Source of the DNA: a virus
DNA: 64,000 nt
Virus record (IMG/VR): IMGVR_UViG_3300014501_000013
Span: 1-64,000 of that record
Reading direction: 5' to 3' (one strand)
Positions 1 to 8,684 of this stretch are shown in pieces; positions within the stretch are counted from its first letter, which is position 1, and each line of letters opens with the position of its first letter. The position numbers and the translations under genes were made by a program. The notes under the pieces were generated by a model. It worked only from the letters and a program-made list of their open reading frames with translations. It had not been told where the DNA came from and ran no database searches.

Positions 1-178
1 GCCGGACCCGTACGCGGACCCGGACCCGGACGCGTACCCGGACCCGGACCCGGACCCGGCCCCGGCCCCGTACCCGTACCCGGCCCCGTACCCGTACCCG
101 TACCCGGACACGTACCCGTACCCGTACCCGGACCCGTCCCCGGACCCGTACCCGTCCCCGTACCCGTACCCGTACCCG
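1..178. repeat. Degenerate hexamer tandem repeat encoding Gly-X (GGG TAC/GAC/TCC/GCC on the minus strand)
   Basis: Directly visible gtaccc/ggaccc/gtcccc/ggcccc units. Confidence 0.95.
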
Positions 179-225
179 AAGAACGCTTCCGTCCAAGCCG
201 GAAGCGTTCCGCGAATTAAGACCAC
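1..225 (-). CDS. Gly/Tyr/Ser-repeat protein (partial, runs off the left edge)
   Basis: GTG at 225 overlaps the end of the upstream ORF. Translation is MVLIRGTLPAWTEAFF followed by GYGYGYGDGYGSGDGSG...; not in the ORF track because it has no stop in the window. Confidence 0.7.
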   Translation of the reverse strand, partial: MVLIRGTLPAWTEAFFGYGYGYGDGYGSGDGSGYGYGYVSGYGYGYGAGYGYGAGAGSGSGSGYASGSGSAYGSG

Positions 226-533
226 GCGGATTTGTTCCATTTCTCCTCGGCTTGCGGCGTGACTTCGGAAACGGATGTGATGTCGCGCAGTTCGATATCC
301 GCTGCTGGTCCTATCTTGCAGTTTGAGTCCGGCCCATGAGAAGCTAGGCCCATGAACCCGCGAAGATCGGCGGACCAGTAAACACACAGCCTCGCGGCGC
401 GAAGTTTTATCGTGCTGCCGCTAGTTTCGGATGCGTAGCCGCAAAAAACTCCTTTATGTACCGTGGTTACAAGCACACATCTCTCTTTGGCTAAATCCTT
501 TTTCATCAGTCTATCCTTTCTATTTTTCCTCAT
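216..533 (-). CDS. DUF6948-like phage protein (start may be 506)
   Basis: VLVTTVHKGVFCGY...IKLRAARLCVYW...GLASHGP...CKIG pattern; this family is commonly followed by a GYG-repeat gene, as here. Confidence 0.7.
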   Translation of the reverse strand: MRKNRKDRLMKKDLAKERCVLVTTVHKGVFCGYASETSGSTIKLRAARLCVYWSADLRGFMGLASHGPDSNCKIGPAADIELRDITSVSEVTPQAEEKWNKSAWS

Positions 534-576
534 CCATCAACCAGTGCAACGTACCCGCGAGTCAGCGGTATGGTCT

Positions 577-858
577 TCACAGCGTATCGCCTTCCGCCAC
601 CGCCGCCAGTTCGCCCAGGCTGTAGGGCTCGCCACAGATCGCGCAGGCCCATCCCGCATCATCGAAGTGCTCCCCGTGCGGTTCAAAGCTCGTGGCCTCC
701 CGCCATTCCAAATTCTCGGTGCATTCGTGCGATGCCCGCTCTGCCAGCGTCACGATGTCCAACTCGGTTAGTTCGACCCCGTGGGCAGGTTCCAGGTTCA
801 GGTAATAGGTACCGTCGGGCATCGTGGTGACGTCTGCCTCGGTGATTTCGATGCTCAT
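577..858 (-). CDS. Hypothetical protein with Cys motifs
   Basis: ATG 858 coupled (ATGA) to the upstream stop; CAICG motif. Confidence 0.6.
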   Translation of the reverse strand: MSIEITEADVTTMPDGTYYLNLEPAHGVELTELDIVTLAERASHECTENLEWREATSFEPHGEHFDDAGWACAICGEPYSLGELAAVAEGDTL

Positions 859-1067
859 GCTTTCTCCGATCTTTCGATAGCGTCCCACTCCGTCTGTAGT
901 TCCTTCAGCATCTTGCAATCGCTTTCTCGAATCTCCACGAAACTGCGCTGGCCCCAGTTGTAGCAAAGATTCGCCATTTGCGCTCCGACTACGCGCAGTT
1001 GCCGTATCTCCTCGCGGAGCTGCGCTTTGGTGGCCGGTTGTTTCTCGCGTGTGTTTAACCCACTCAT
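855..1067 (-). CDS. Hypothetical coiled-coil protein
   Basis: MSGLNTREK start coupled to the stop of 1064..1342. Confidence 0.6.
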   Translation of the reverse strand: MSGLNTREKQPATKAQLREEIRQLRVVGAQMANLCYNWGQRSFVEIRESDCKMLKELQTEWDAIERSEKA

Positions 1068-1342
1068 TTTGCGCCTTTCGTGTTGAGCGTAGCTTTTAGT
1101 TTTGCAAGCAGGTCCACGGCTTGCGCGGCGTCGTTGGTACAGTACGCTTTCTCGTCCGTGTGCCACGTCCAATGCGCATACACGCAGGTTCCAACGTCCA
1201 AGTTGCTGGAACCACCCCGAGAAAGGTAGTAATCGTCCACCGCTTTCGGGCTGATAACCAGGGTAACCAGGAATGCCATCAGCGCCGCTAGGGCTATAAC
1301 GCACAGCAATTGCCACGTGTCTTCCCAGTCCCAATCCTTCAT
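1064..1342 (-). CDS. Small membrane-anchored hypothetical protein
   Basis: N-terminal hydrophobic helix LLCVIALAALMAFLVTLVI; GGAGG upstream. Confidence 0.65.
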   Translation of the reverse strand: MKDWDWEDTWQLLCVIALAALMAFLVTLVISPKAVDDYYLSRGGSSNLDVGTCVYAHWTWHTDEKAYCTNDAAQAVDLLAKLKATLNTKGAK

Positions 1343-1509
1343 TGCCTCCCGCCTTCCAGCGCGCGCCGCTCTTTCAGCAACAGCGCCAGCGCCTCAGCAT
1401 ATACCACGGCAAGTTTAACGCCCCTACCGCCGGCGATCCGCTTCGCCCCTAAGTGTAGCTTGGTGGGGACCCTGACAAGCACCGTGCTAATCGTGTCTTC
1501 TGGTTTCAT
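1339..1509 (-). CDS. Ribbon-helix-helix (Arc/CopG-like) DNA-binding protein, 56 aa
   Basis: Hand-translated MKPEDTISTVLVRVPTKLHLGAKRIAGGRGVKLAVVYAEALALLLKERRALEGGRQ: alternating beta-strand then two helices; lies directly below a promoter with a palindrome. Confidence 0.65.
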   Translation of the reverse strand: MKPEDTISTVLVRVPTKLHLGAKRIAGGRGVKLAVVYAEALALLLKERRALEGGRQ

Positions 1510-1517
1510 CTAAAATG

Positions 1518-1547
1518 AGATTAAACGATTTAAAATCGGTTTGTCAA
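1518..1547 (-). promoter_or_regulatory. Sigma70-like promoter TTGACA-18-TAATCT with operator CGATTT-A-AAATCG (1526-1538)
   Basis: Read directly; AT-rich island upstream of the RHH gene. Confidence 0.65.
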
Positions 1548-1582
1548 GCGAAATCTTGCGTCCTCGGCGTTCCCGCGCCGCG

Positions 1583-1849
1583 CTAGAACAAATCCTGTTG
1601 GCCGGCCACAATCAGTGCTTCCTTGACTGCTTTGGTTTTAGCCCCGAACGTGCCGAGCTTTGGCTTCTTGCCACGCTGGATTGCAACCTCAGAGCACCAG
1701 ATTTGATACGGATGGTATTTCCTTTGCCCGAACGGGTAGGCATCGCGTAGCCGCGCTTTGATGATCTTCTCTGGTTCGTCGCGCGTCTCCTCCAGCACCT
1801 TGGCGATGATGGGGGCCGCGCTATTTCGCCAATGGCTTTCGCTGTACAT
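1583..1849 (-). CDS. Conserved phage hypothetical protein
   Basis: RLRDAYPFGQRKYHPYQIW motif resembles other phage early proteins. Confidence 0.65.
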   Translation of the reverse strand: MYSESHWRNSAAPIIAKVLEETRDEPEKIIKARLRDAYPFGQRKYHPYQIWCSEVAIQRGKKPKLGTFGAKTKAVKEALIVAGQQDLF

Positions 1850-2010
1850 CAGGCGTCTAGCTCATCCAGCGGGAAGTGCGCGCACCCGGCGTGGCAGGCT
1901 GGGCACTCGTACCAAGCGTCATCCTCCCCGTATCGACGCGGGATAGCGTCCCTCTCGTAGCCGCGCCATGAGCATTCGGAACATTCGAGTGATTCTTCGG
2001 TGATTTTCAT
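1849..2010 (-). CDS. Small zinc-ribbon protein, 53 aa
   Basis: Hand-translated MKITEESLECSECSW...WYECPACHAG; TGATG coupling to the next gene. Confidence 0.55.
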   Translation of the reverse strand: MKITEESLECSECSWRGYERDAIPRRYGEDDAWYECPACHAGCAHFPLDELDA

Positions 2011-2028
2011 ATATAAAAACTGCCCTAG

Positions 2029-2331
2029 TCACGAGTTTGCAATTCGGAGAAGGATATCTGCATGACAGGGAGTCCCGACTTTACACCAGCAGGCCAAATT
2101 CTTACCGCGCAGTTCTTTGCGAAGCCGCAGGCGAAAATCATAGGCGCAGAAAATATCGAGCACCATGTCGCGATGCAGATCCACAGCCATCTGAGCATTC
2201 GTTATTACGACGGCGCCGCAGGTATCTCCGACTCTGAACGGATTACCCCACTTACTCGGCCTGGTCACGCAGACTGTATTTGGGGGTAGCTTGTAGCCGC
2301 GCGTTCGCTTGCGTTGTATTCTCTTTGGCAT
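2029..2331 (-). CDS. DUF4326 domain protein
   Basis: RIQRKR...VCVTRPSKWGNPF...ELRGKNLACWC...CHADIL signature. Confidence 0.85.
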   Translation of the reverse strand: MPKRIQRKRTRGYKLPPNTVCVTRPSKWGNPFRVGDTCGAVVITNAQMAVDLHRDMVLDIFCAYDFRLRLRKELRGKNLACWCKVGTPCHADILLRIANS

Positions 2332-2528
2332 TCACGCCTCCTCGCTGTCTAGAACATCGGGATGTCTCCCAACCACACGCGCCTCTCGCGGTTCCATGCT
2401 GCGCATCAGCGTCTCTAGCGCGATCGCGCGGGCCATCTCGCGGCGCTCTCGCGTGCTGAGCGGCAGAATACCGGTCGGTCGCGGATGATGGCGGATCTGG
2501 ACGGGGAGGGTCACGCGGTCGGTTGTGG

Positions 2529-2792
2529 CTACCATTCGACATCTGGATTATCAGCGGCGCATTCTCCGCAAACTCTCCAGCCTCCTTGGCCTCTGCACTC
2601 TCGGCACATTGATATTTCGCCAGGCTCACACTCAATGGGATCTTCCTCGTAGTCGTCAAACCAGCCTTCATCACAGCCAGCCCAACACGGCACCCAGCCA
2701 GTGAAATCCACTTCGCCATGAACGGAGCACACCCAGGTGTCTTTCGCCTGGTCGAATTTGAAACTATATTCGGGCTTTGGTTGAGTGCTCAC
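2529..2792 (-). CDS. Cys-rich (zinc-finger-like) hypothetical protein
   Basis: CxxH, CxxxC, CxxCxGxGG, CxxC motifs. Confidence 0.65.
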   Translation of the reverse strand: MSTQPKPEYSFKFDQAKDTWVCSVHGEVDFTGWVPCWAGCDEGWFDDYEEDPIECEPGEISMCRECRGQGGWRVCGECAADNPDVEW

Positions 2793-2992
2793 GGCGTTCC
2801 CGCCTCTCGCGCCCGCTTGATATGCGCCTCGATTTGCTCCAGCGTTTCCATCACCCAGCGCGTATGTCCGCTCACCAGCTCGATCGCTGTTACGCCAAGT
2901 TCTACGCGCACGAACTCGATGGCGTCGGTGTTAACAACCGCAGGGCCGACCTCTTTGCCGGATTGGTTGGCCTGAGTTAATCGTAGCCACAT
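2789..2992 (-). CDS. FlbD-like small protein
   Basis: LRLT...VVNTDAIEFV...TAIELVSG..WVMETLEQI pattern. Confidence 0.55.
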   Translation of the reverse strand: MWLRLTQANQSGKEVGPAVVNTDAIEFVRVELGVTAIELVSGHTRWVMETLEQIEAHIKRAREAGTP

Positions 2993-3048
2993 TACGCTCT
3001 CTCCTTTTTCTCATCTCGCCCCCTTCGCCCCGCGCAGGCCCGCGCCGG

Positions 3049-3378
3049 TCATGGCAGCCTCCGCGCTTGGTTAATCGCTAGACGGTCGGGGTGACGGTAT
3101 TCCCGAAATGGATCGGCTCTCATTTTTCCTTGGCCATCTTTCAACGCCACCCAATAACGGCCCGACTTTGGTCTCCAGTCGAACGTTTGATCCAGTTCTT
3201 GCAGGCACTGTACGAAGCGCCGTTGCCATTCTTGCGGCATCGTCTCTAGCAGACTGCGTGGAACCGTCAAATACTGAGCGTAGGTCAATTCAAACCACCC
3301 GTGAACCGCATCGAGCGGGATAACGTCGTAGTCCTCGCCTTCGTGCTTGCCGAATGGCATTTTCATGATGTCCGCCAT
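3049..3378 (-). CDS. Phage hypothetical protein with N-terminal KMPFGKH (DUF3820-like) stub
   Basis: MADIMKMPFGKHEG followed by HGWFELTYAQYLTVPRSLL..MP.EWQ.RFV. Confidence 0.6.
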   Translation of the reverse strand: MADIMKMPFGKHEGEDYDVIPLDAVHGWFELTYAQYLTVPRSLLETMPQEWQRRFVQCLQELDQTFDWRPKSGRYWVALKDGQGKMRADPFREYRHPDRLAINQARRLP

Positions 3379-3596
3379 CCGTAGTCGTCCCTGGGGTTCC
3401 ATTGCCGCTGCTTGCTCAACGGCGCCGCGGCCCTGTCTTGCGTCTCGAGCCACGCATCGCACTGCCGGCGTTGGTCTTCGAGTATCCAGTCGCGCATCGG
3501 CACACCGACAGCGTTCGGGTCCAGGTCTGCTAGACGCAATCCGGCGCGGGCAAAGACGCGCTCGATATCTTCGCGGTTCACTTTCCTGAGTTCCAT
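3363..3596 (-). CDS. Hypothetical protein
   Basis: MELRKVNRED start coupled (TGATG) to the helicase stop. Confidence 0.55.
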   Translation of the reverse strand: MELRKVNREDIERVFARAGLRLADLDPNAVGVPMRDWILEDQRRQCDAWLETQDRAAAPLSKQRQWNPRDDYGWRTS

Positions 3597-4945
3597 CAGT
3601 TCTCCCTTTCCTGGGTCGCTTCTACCAGCCGACAGAAGTTGCCTTGTAATTGCAGGTACACGCAAAGATCCCGCGCGCCATTGCGCTGTTTCTCGATCAA
3701 AACCTGTACTTCGTCCTTCGGTGAGTTGCCGCCTCCGCGCTTTAGCCCGGCCGGCTGATGTAGGAATATAACGGCGTCGGCGTCCTGTTCGAGCGATCCA
3801 GAATCGCGCAGGTCACTGCAACGCGGCCGGCGGTTCTCGACATCCGACAGCCGATTGAGTTGCGCGAGCACAAGAAACGGAATTCCGAGCGACTGAGCGC
3901 TCTGTTTCAAACGCCGGCTGATCGAACTCATCTCTTGGTTGCGATTTTCCCATCGGCCGGAGGTCTCGACTAAGCCAATGTAGTCGATGATTACGAGCCC
4001 CGGTTGAGACTTAGAAACATCACCGAGAATATCCGACAGTTTGAATTTGTCATCCAAGATTGCCAGCGGGTATTTTTCTATCCGGTTAAGTGCCTCGACG
4101 ATCTTGGAGCGAGACTCGCCATCCAGTTCGCCGCGGATAAGAGCGTCATGCGGAACACGGGCCGTACTGGAAACCAGCCGCTTGATCAGCGCCATGCGAG
4201 GCATCTCCAGGGAGTAAAAAGCTACCTTCACACCTTGAGCTACGGCGCAGTAAGCCATCTGAAGTGCGGCTGTCGACTTGCCTACGCTTGGCCTGGAGGC
4301 AAGGATTGTTAATTCCCCGGCCTTGAGACCTCCGTTGAGCACTTCATCCAAGGCATGCCAGGGAGTCTGCATCATGCACGCTGGACGCGCACAGAGGGCG
4401 TCCAGCCCACCTTCAGCCGCTAGCGCTTCCCCAACGCTCCGCTCGCTGGCATGCGGCGCCTGCGCCTTCGAGAGTTGAGCTAAACGCATGCCGGCGTCCT
4501 GGATCTCATCCGACACAAGGCTGTAGCCCTGATTACACTTGTCCTGAATGCTGACCGAAAGTCTATAAGCTTGCCGATCAATCGCCTTGCGCCGAAGGAT
4601 ACGCATGGCCCAATCCGCGTCAGCCAGTTCAACGTATTCGTCGGTGATTTCGGCTATACCCGACACGCCGCCTACAGCTTGTAGGTTGTTGTTTTCAATG
4701 AAATAAGAGGCCACTGTGCTGACCATAGGCGTTTTGCCAGCCGCAAGCAGTTCGCGTGATGCTTCAAAGACCTTGCGAAATTTCAAAGTGCCGAAGTCCT
4801 CAGGCTCTAACTCGTTTAGAATACGCAGGGGAGTTGTATCGGTACGAACTAGCACGTTAGCCAGTACCAGTTTCTCGAATCCTGGCTCGAACAGGTGCTC
4901 AAGCCCTCTGAACTCATCAACTTGTTGCTTTGAATCTGTGCTCAT
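3596..4945 (-). CDS. dnaB: Replicative DnaB-like helicase
   Basis: Walker A ASRPSVGKS, FYSLEM, VIIDYIGL, LAQLNR, SDLRDSGSLEQDAD, KQRNG; N-terminal DnaB domain. Confidence 0.95.
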   Translation of the reverse strand: MSTDSKQQVDEFRGLEHLFEPGFEKLVLANVLVRTDTTPLRILNELEPEDFGTLKFRKVFEASRELLAAGKTPMVSTVASYFIENNNLQAVGGVSGIAEITDEYVELADADWAMRILRRKAIDRQAYRLSVSIQDKCNQGYSLVSDEIQDAGMRLAQLSKAQAPHASERSVGEALAAEGGLDALCARPACMMQTPWHALDEVLNGGLKAGELTILASRPSVGKSTAALQMAYCAVAQGVKVAFYSLEMPRMALIKRLVSSTARVPHDALIRGELDGESRSKIVEALNRIEKYPLAILDDKFKLSDILGDVSKSQPGLVIIDYIGLVETSGRWENRNQEMSSISRRLKQSAQSLGIPFLVLAQLNRLSDVENRRPRCSDLRDSGSLEQDADAVIFLHQPAGLKRGGGNSPKDEVQVLIEKQRNGARDLCVYLQLQGNFCRLVEATQEREN

Positions 4946-5841
4946 AGCTTCGTTTTTCCGTCCCAGAACTCATCCAGATGTGCCGCGGCGCACGCTTTAT
5001 CGCGCGCTAGTTCCTCGGCGTGGCGGCGGTTGCCGGCCTCCGGATCTTCATCTTCGTCGAAGAAACTGGGATCTGGTTCGTCTCGGAAACGCTCTTGATT
5101 TAACCACGTAGCCGGGTGAAGGGTGGTCGCTCCAGTGCGCCTGCCGCGCGCTAAAATCTGTGGCGCTTGCTCTTTCGCGGCTTTCACTGCTAGGTCTTTG
5201 GTTTCAACGTCTTCGATATTTTTAAGCCAAGCTGAACGCGCGGCGCCTACGCCTGTTTTTTTCCAAACAATCGGCCAGAACTCAGACTCAAACCAGCCGC
5301 GGCGAGTTTTTTCAGAAGCAACCTTTTCTTTCTTAAGATCTTCAGAAGAAGACTTAGATTCAGATTCAGACGCGCGTAGCGACCGGTTACCGCTACGGTC
5401 AGCGTTACGGTTAGCGCCACGCTTTTTGTTTGTCTTCTCAGCCGCCTCTACGCGCTTACTGTAAGCGTTTGAAGACTCTGTATATTGTTGATATAGCTTA
5501 GGATGAAAGCGACGTCCTTCTGGAGACTTGAAACTGAACATGGCGAGCACCCAGCGCCATTCGGACTCAATCTCTCGAATACAAGCCGAGTTTGAATCAT
5601 GATTGTCTACCATCTCGTCAACAAAAGTTATGTCACGATGGATCTGAGCCAATGTTCTCGGTAGTGAATCGTCACGGTCACCGTTACGCTCATCGCCCCA
5701 ATCAGGTAATCCGCCTTCCTGCCAGCAATAAGCCAAAAGCCGGATGTACCATCCAACTTGTCTGGCGGACATGGCCGTAACCTGAGGGTCAGCAATCCAA
5801 CTGGTAGCCATGAATTTGAACCACGGGAGCTTGGTCTTCAC
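4942..5841 (-). CDS. Replication initiator / replisome organiser (DUF1376/YdaU-like)
   Basis: LPWFKF...MSARQVGWYIRLLAYCW N-terminus; FESEFW...HPATWLNQERF C-terminal domain; directly upstream of dnaB. Confidence 0.8.
   Translation of the reverse strand: MKTKLPWFKFMATSWIADPQVTAMSARQVGWYIRLLAYCWQEGGLPDWGDERNGDRDDSLPRTLAQIHRDITFVDEMVDNHDSNSACIREIESEWRWVLAMFSFKSPEGRRFHPKLYQQYTESSNAYSKRVEAAEKTNKKRGANRNADRSGNRSLRASESESKSSSEDLKKEKVASEKTRRGWFESEFWPIVWKKTGVGAARSAWLKNIEDVETKDLAVKAAKEQAPQILARGRRTGATTLHPATWLNQERFRDEPDPSFFDEDEDPEAGNRRHAEELARDKACAAAHLDEFWDGKTKL
5383..5688. promoter_or_regulatory. Putative origin iterons inside the initiator gene
   Basis: 12-bp-period repeats ccggttaccgctacg (5383), acggtcagcgttacg (5395), acggttagcgccacg (5407) and a distal acggtcaccgttacg (5674); adjacent AT-rich tract at about 5320-5370; resembles the lambda O/ori arrangement. 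Confidence 0.5.
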
Positions 5842-6393
5842 TCCCCCTGCTCCGGGTGCGAGTCGTACCAGTTCTCTTCCATGGTGGGCTCAGGATCGTC
5901 CCAGCACGCACATAGGTGCTCAGGTAGATGGCAGATAGGGCAAGCGATTAGTTCGCGGTCGGGGTCGAAATCGTCAGAAGCCACTCGAAACCTCCATCAA
6001 AGGCTTGGCGGTTAGGACTGGTGTTGATGGCACCAGCCCCGTGGGTCCGCCGTTCAATTGCTGCGCTCTTAAATTCTAACCGAGCCGCGCTACGTTTGCA
6101 ACAGAAAAACGCGGGGAATCGAACGCCCGGTAGTTATCGCGGCGACGAATAGAATCTTTCGGGCTTGCATCAAGGCACAATTCTCCTGTAAAATAGAATT
6201 GTTCTCCTCTTAGCAAACACCCGACCGCGAATCGGGCCGCTCTGCCCTTAAGCGCAGATTGATTTTCAGATAGGACTAACCCTCCTTTCTGGTGAAATGC
6301 CCCGCCGCTGTCCGTGGCCTGCAAACCGAAGGACAACGGCGGGGTTTTCTGCGTCTAGCGCAAGGCGAAAGTGCTTGCCGTGATAATATTTTT

Positions 6394-6418
6394 GGGAATT
6401 ATATACATGAGTATAGTT
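6394..6418 (+). repeat. IS1595 terminal inverted repeat GGGAATTATATACATGAGTATAGTT
   Basis: Exact reverse complement of 8416-8440. Confidence 0.95.
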
Positions 6419-6542
6419 ACCGTTTCTTTTGAGCACGTTTGGCCCTCCGTTTTTCGCGCCGTTTCGTGGCTTTCGCCTTTTCGGGCGGTTTGTATGCAAG
6501 TACTGCGTCAGTTATCGCGTCTAACTCTTTGGGCGGTTTCAT
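6417..6542 (-). CDS. 41-aa basic peptide at the IS1595 distal end
   Basis: Hand-translated MKPPKELDAITDAVLAYKPPEKAKATKRREKRRAKRAQKKR; ATGA-coupled to the MTase; similar peptide at 63912-64000. Confidence 0.65.
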   Translation of the reverse strand: MKPPKELDAITDAVLAYKPPEKAKATKRREKRRAKRAQKKR

Positions 6543-7129
6543 TCTGGGCGCTCCTCGTTGCAGATTTTGTAAAGAAAACCGCTGGCCCGGTCCACGAAAT
6601 CAGTACTGTGGCCCGTATGGAATGCGGCAGCCGTCCTGCCCATGATTCCGGTGCCTGGATACAGGTCGATCAACTCGTCCCCCGACTGGAAGTTCAGCAG
6701 CTCGAGAATCCAGCGACAGACCTTTTCCGGTTTGGCCCCGACCAGCCCCTTTTTGAGCGTGATCGGCTCCACGATGAAATCCTTGGGGGTCGTCTGCTTT
6801 CCGTTCTTCTCGGGAATGATGGCCGCGTGGCCGTTCATAGGATTTCGCCCACCGTAGAAGATGACAGGCTCCCACGCATAGGCGGGCCGCACGTTGCGCT
6901 TGAACGCACAGAACGACTTGCACCACGCCCCAAGTCTCCAACCAGGAGGGCACATCGGCAGGATGATTGCCAGCGATGGAGTGCTGGCAGACAGTGCCCA
7001 ACCGTCCGGAAACTCAGCCATCAGCCGGTTTATCAGCTCGAGATGGTCAACCTCGGCACAGTTCGGGTCATGCGAGTAATGCCGCTTGGCCTGTCCGATG
7101 TACGGCGGATCAGCGTAGGCGAATCGCAT
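6539..7129 (-). CDS. DNA adenine (N6) methyltransferase, IS passenger
   Basis: Motif IV YADPPY near the N-terminus and motif I DLYPGTG near the C-terminus (beta-class order); AWEPVIF. Confidence 0.85.
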   Translation of the reverse strand: MRFAYADPPYIGQAKRHYSHDPNCAEVDHLELINRLMAEFPDGWALSASTPSLAIILPMCPPGWRLGAWCKSFCAFKRNVRPAYAWEPVIFYGGRNPMNGHAAIIPEKNGKQTTPKDFIVEPITLKKGLVGAKPEKVCRWILELLNFQSGDELIDLYPGTGIMGRTAAAFHTGHSTDFVDRASGFLYKICNEERPE

Positions 7130-7130
7130 C

Positions 7131-7301
7131 TTACCAGTCCTTCCGCAAACCGGCCCAACGATCAGCATCGCGCTTACCACCAGAGGCGATGTGATGCAGA
7201 GCCGACAGGAGGATTCTCAGCATGTCCCACTCTCGGCCAACTAATGCAGCGGTCTGAGCGTCATCTAGGGCGCGTTGCGCGACGGCAGCGGGAGTGCTCA
7301 T
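7131..7301 (-). CDS. Small hypothetical IS passenger, 56 aa
   Basis: Hand-translated MSTPAAVAQRALDD...GLRKDW; ATGA-coupled. Confidence 0.5.
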   Translation of the reverse strand: MSTPAAVAQRALDDAQTAALVGREWDMLRILLSALHHIASGGKRDADRWAGLRKDW

Positions 7302-7450
7302 GCTGGCACCTTCTCGCGCTCCAGCCTTTCATGGCGCACCTTCAAATACAGATTGGCGGCGCATACTCCGCACTTGCATGGATATTCCGCAAGCCTACGC
7401 TGAGCCTCGGTCCAGTCTTCCTCTTGTTGTTTGGAAAAGAAGATCATCAT
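7298..7450 (-). CDS. Small Cys-containing IS passenger, 50 aa
   Basis: Hand-translated MMIFFSKQQEEDW...YPCKCGVC...KVPA; ATGA-coupled to the transposase stop. Confidence 0.5.
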   Translation of the reverse strand: MMIFFSKQQEEDWTEAQRRLAEYPCKCGVCAANLYLKVRHERLEREKVPA

Positions 7451-8382
7451 ACTGGCACCTTGGCAATGAGCCGAGCATATGTCAGGCGCTTGCCCACGAT
7501 GGCATCCACAAACGACGCCAGCCGTTCAAGGCTGTGGCGCTTTACGTTGCCCTCATTCAGCCTGAAAGTGAATTCGTCGATGTACCGCGAAAGGTGCTTG
7601 GGACTCGCATGATGGTAAACACCGTGAATCCCACGCTTCAGGACAGCCCAGACAGACTCGATAGAGTTCGTGGACACCGGACCTCTGGCGTACTCGCCAG
7701 CCGCGTGCGAGACGGCATCGTGCTTGAAGAACAGGCCGTCCAGGTCCGAGAAAACCATGTGGTCATCGGTGTACAGTTGCGACCCGACTTCGACGTTCGC
7801 GTGAATCTCACCGTGGATCGCATCCAGCGTCCGAAACTCCGTGACCTTAGCTCTGGTACGCCCACCGCGTTCCCGCATCCCCAGCACGGCAACCTTGCCG
7901 ACCGCGCCGCGTCCAGCATGGAGCTTTTTCGACTCGTGCTTATTACCCTCTTTGCCACCAAAGAACGCTTCGTCAATCTCCACAATGCCGCGCAACTTGT
8001 CGATGGAATCCGGGGCGCTGCAAGCCTCGCGGAGCCGACCGAGCATGAACCAAGCCGTCTTTTGGGTGACGCCGATCTCTTTCGCCAGTTGCAGGCTGGA
8101 GATTCCCTTACGGGCCGTTACCAGCAGATACATCGCATAGAGCCACTTATTCAGGGGGATCTTGGACCGCTCGAAGATCGTCCCGGTACGAATGGTGAAA
8201 TCAAAGTTGCAGGCGTTGCAATGGTAGAATCCGACGCGCTTAGTCCGGCTGATTCGGTCGCCCTTGCAGTCCGGGCAGACGGTCCCGTTCGGCCACAGCC
8301 GCGCCTCAAGGTACAGCCGCGCCGCTTCGTTGTCCGGGAACAACTCGAACAGTTTGAAAGTAGAGATTGTGCTCTTGCTCAT
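7447..8382 (-). CDS. IS1595-family (ISXO2-like) DDE transposase
   Basis: Zn ribbon WPNGTVCPDC..CNAC; GTIFERSKIPL; KGISSLQL; VEIDE; LYTD; TNSIESVW; YIDEF. Confidence 0.95.
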   Translation of the reverse strand: MSKSTISTFKLFELFPDNEAARLYLEARLWPNGTVCPDCKGDRISRTKRVGFYHCNACNFDFTIRTGTIFERSKIPLNKWLYAMYLLVTARKGISSLQLAKEIGVTQKTAWFMLGRLREACSAPDSIDKLRGIVEIDEAFFGGKEGNKHESKKLHAGRGAVGKVAVLGMRERGGRTRAKVTEFRTLDAIHGEIHANVEVGSQLYTDDHMVFSDLDGLFFKHDAVSHAAGEYARGPVSTNSIESVWAVLKRGIHGVYHHASPKHLSRYIDEFTFRLNEGNVKRHSLERLASFVDAIVGKRLTYARLIAKVPV

Positions 8383-8388
8383 GTTTCA

Positions 8389-8417
8389 ATGATACCTGAG
8401 TACAGAGCAGTTGTCAA
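8389..8417 (-). promoter_or_regulatory. Transposase promoter TTGACA-17-TATCAT, probably leaderless
   Basis: -10 ends 6 nt before the ATG at 8382; -35 abuts the TIR. Confidence 0.65.
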
Positions 8418-8440
8418 CTATACTCATGTATATAATTCCC
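8416..8440 (-). repeat. IS1595 terminal inverted repeat
   Basis: AACTATACTCATGTATATAATTCCC. Confidence 0.95.
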
Positions 8441-8461
8441 ATATATTTTTATCATACAATC

Positions 8462-8644
8462 ATGACTGAATGGACCTTCATGGACTTCCTGGATGGGCGG
8501 GGAACGAATCCGATCCGGGACTGGCTGAAGGACGTCCGACAAGTCCCGCTAAAAGCAAAGGCCAAAATAGACCGGATACAGTTAGGTAGTGTCCTACTGT
8601 TAGGACATTACCGGTGTTACTTGACTGGCGATTCGATACTGTAG
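8462..8644 (+). pseudogene. Truncated RelE/HigB (gp49-like) toxin N-terminus
   Basis: WTFMDFLDGRGTNPIRDWL...KAKAKIDRI matches the RelE/HigB N-terminal pattern; similarity is lost after about 40 codons; no antitoxin follows. Confidence 0.55.
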
Positions 8645-8684
8645 TACAGTGACAAGTAGAGCCTCCTAAGCAAGGGCTTATGGG

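Larger units (their letters stand above)
6394..8440 (-). mobile_element. IS1595-family transposon with passenger genes (2,047 bp)
   Basis: Perfect 25-bp terminal inverted repeats at 6394-6418 and 8416-8440; transposase at one end; AT-rich flanks ATATTTTT (6386-6393) and ATATATTT (8441-8448) form an imperfect 8-bp target duplication. Confidence 0.9.

Noticed and set aside
1-209. Possible DGR variable region or CRISPR-like array
   Set aside because: Simple coding hexamer repeat; no template repeat, reverse transcriptase or spacers in the window
8411-8461. ORF start MSTILMYIIP at 8411
   Set aside because: This is the IS terminal repeat read outward; the RelE-like similarity begins at 8462
6371-8469. 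Long plus-strand ORFs 6371..7612 (413 aa) and 7294..8469 (391 aa)
   Set aside because: Antisense shadows of the MTase and transposase; no motifs
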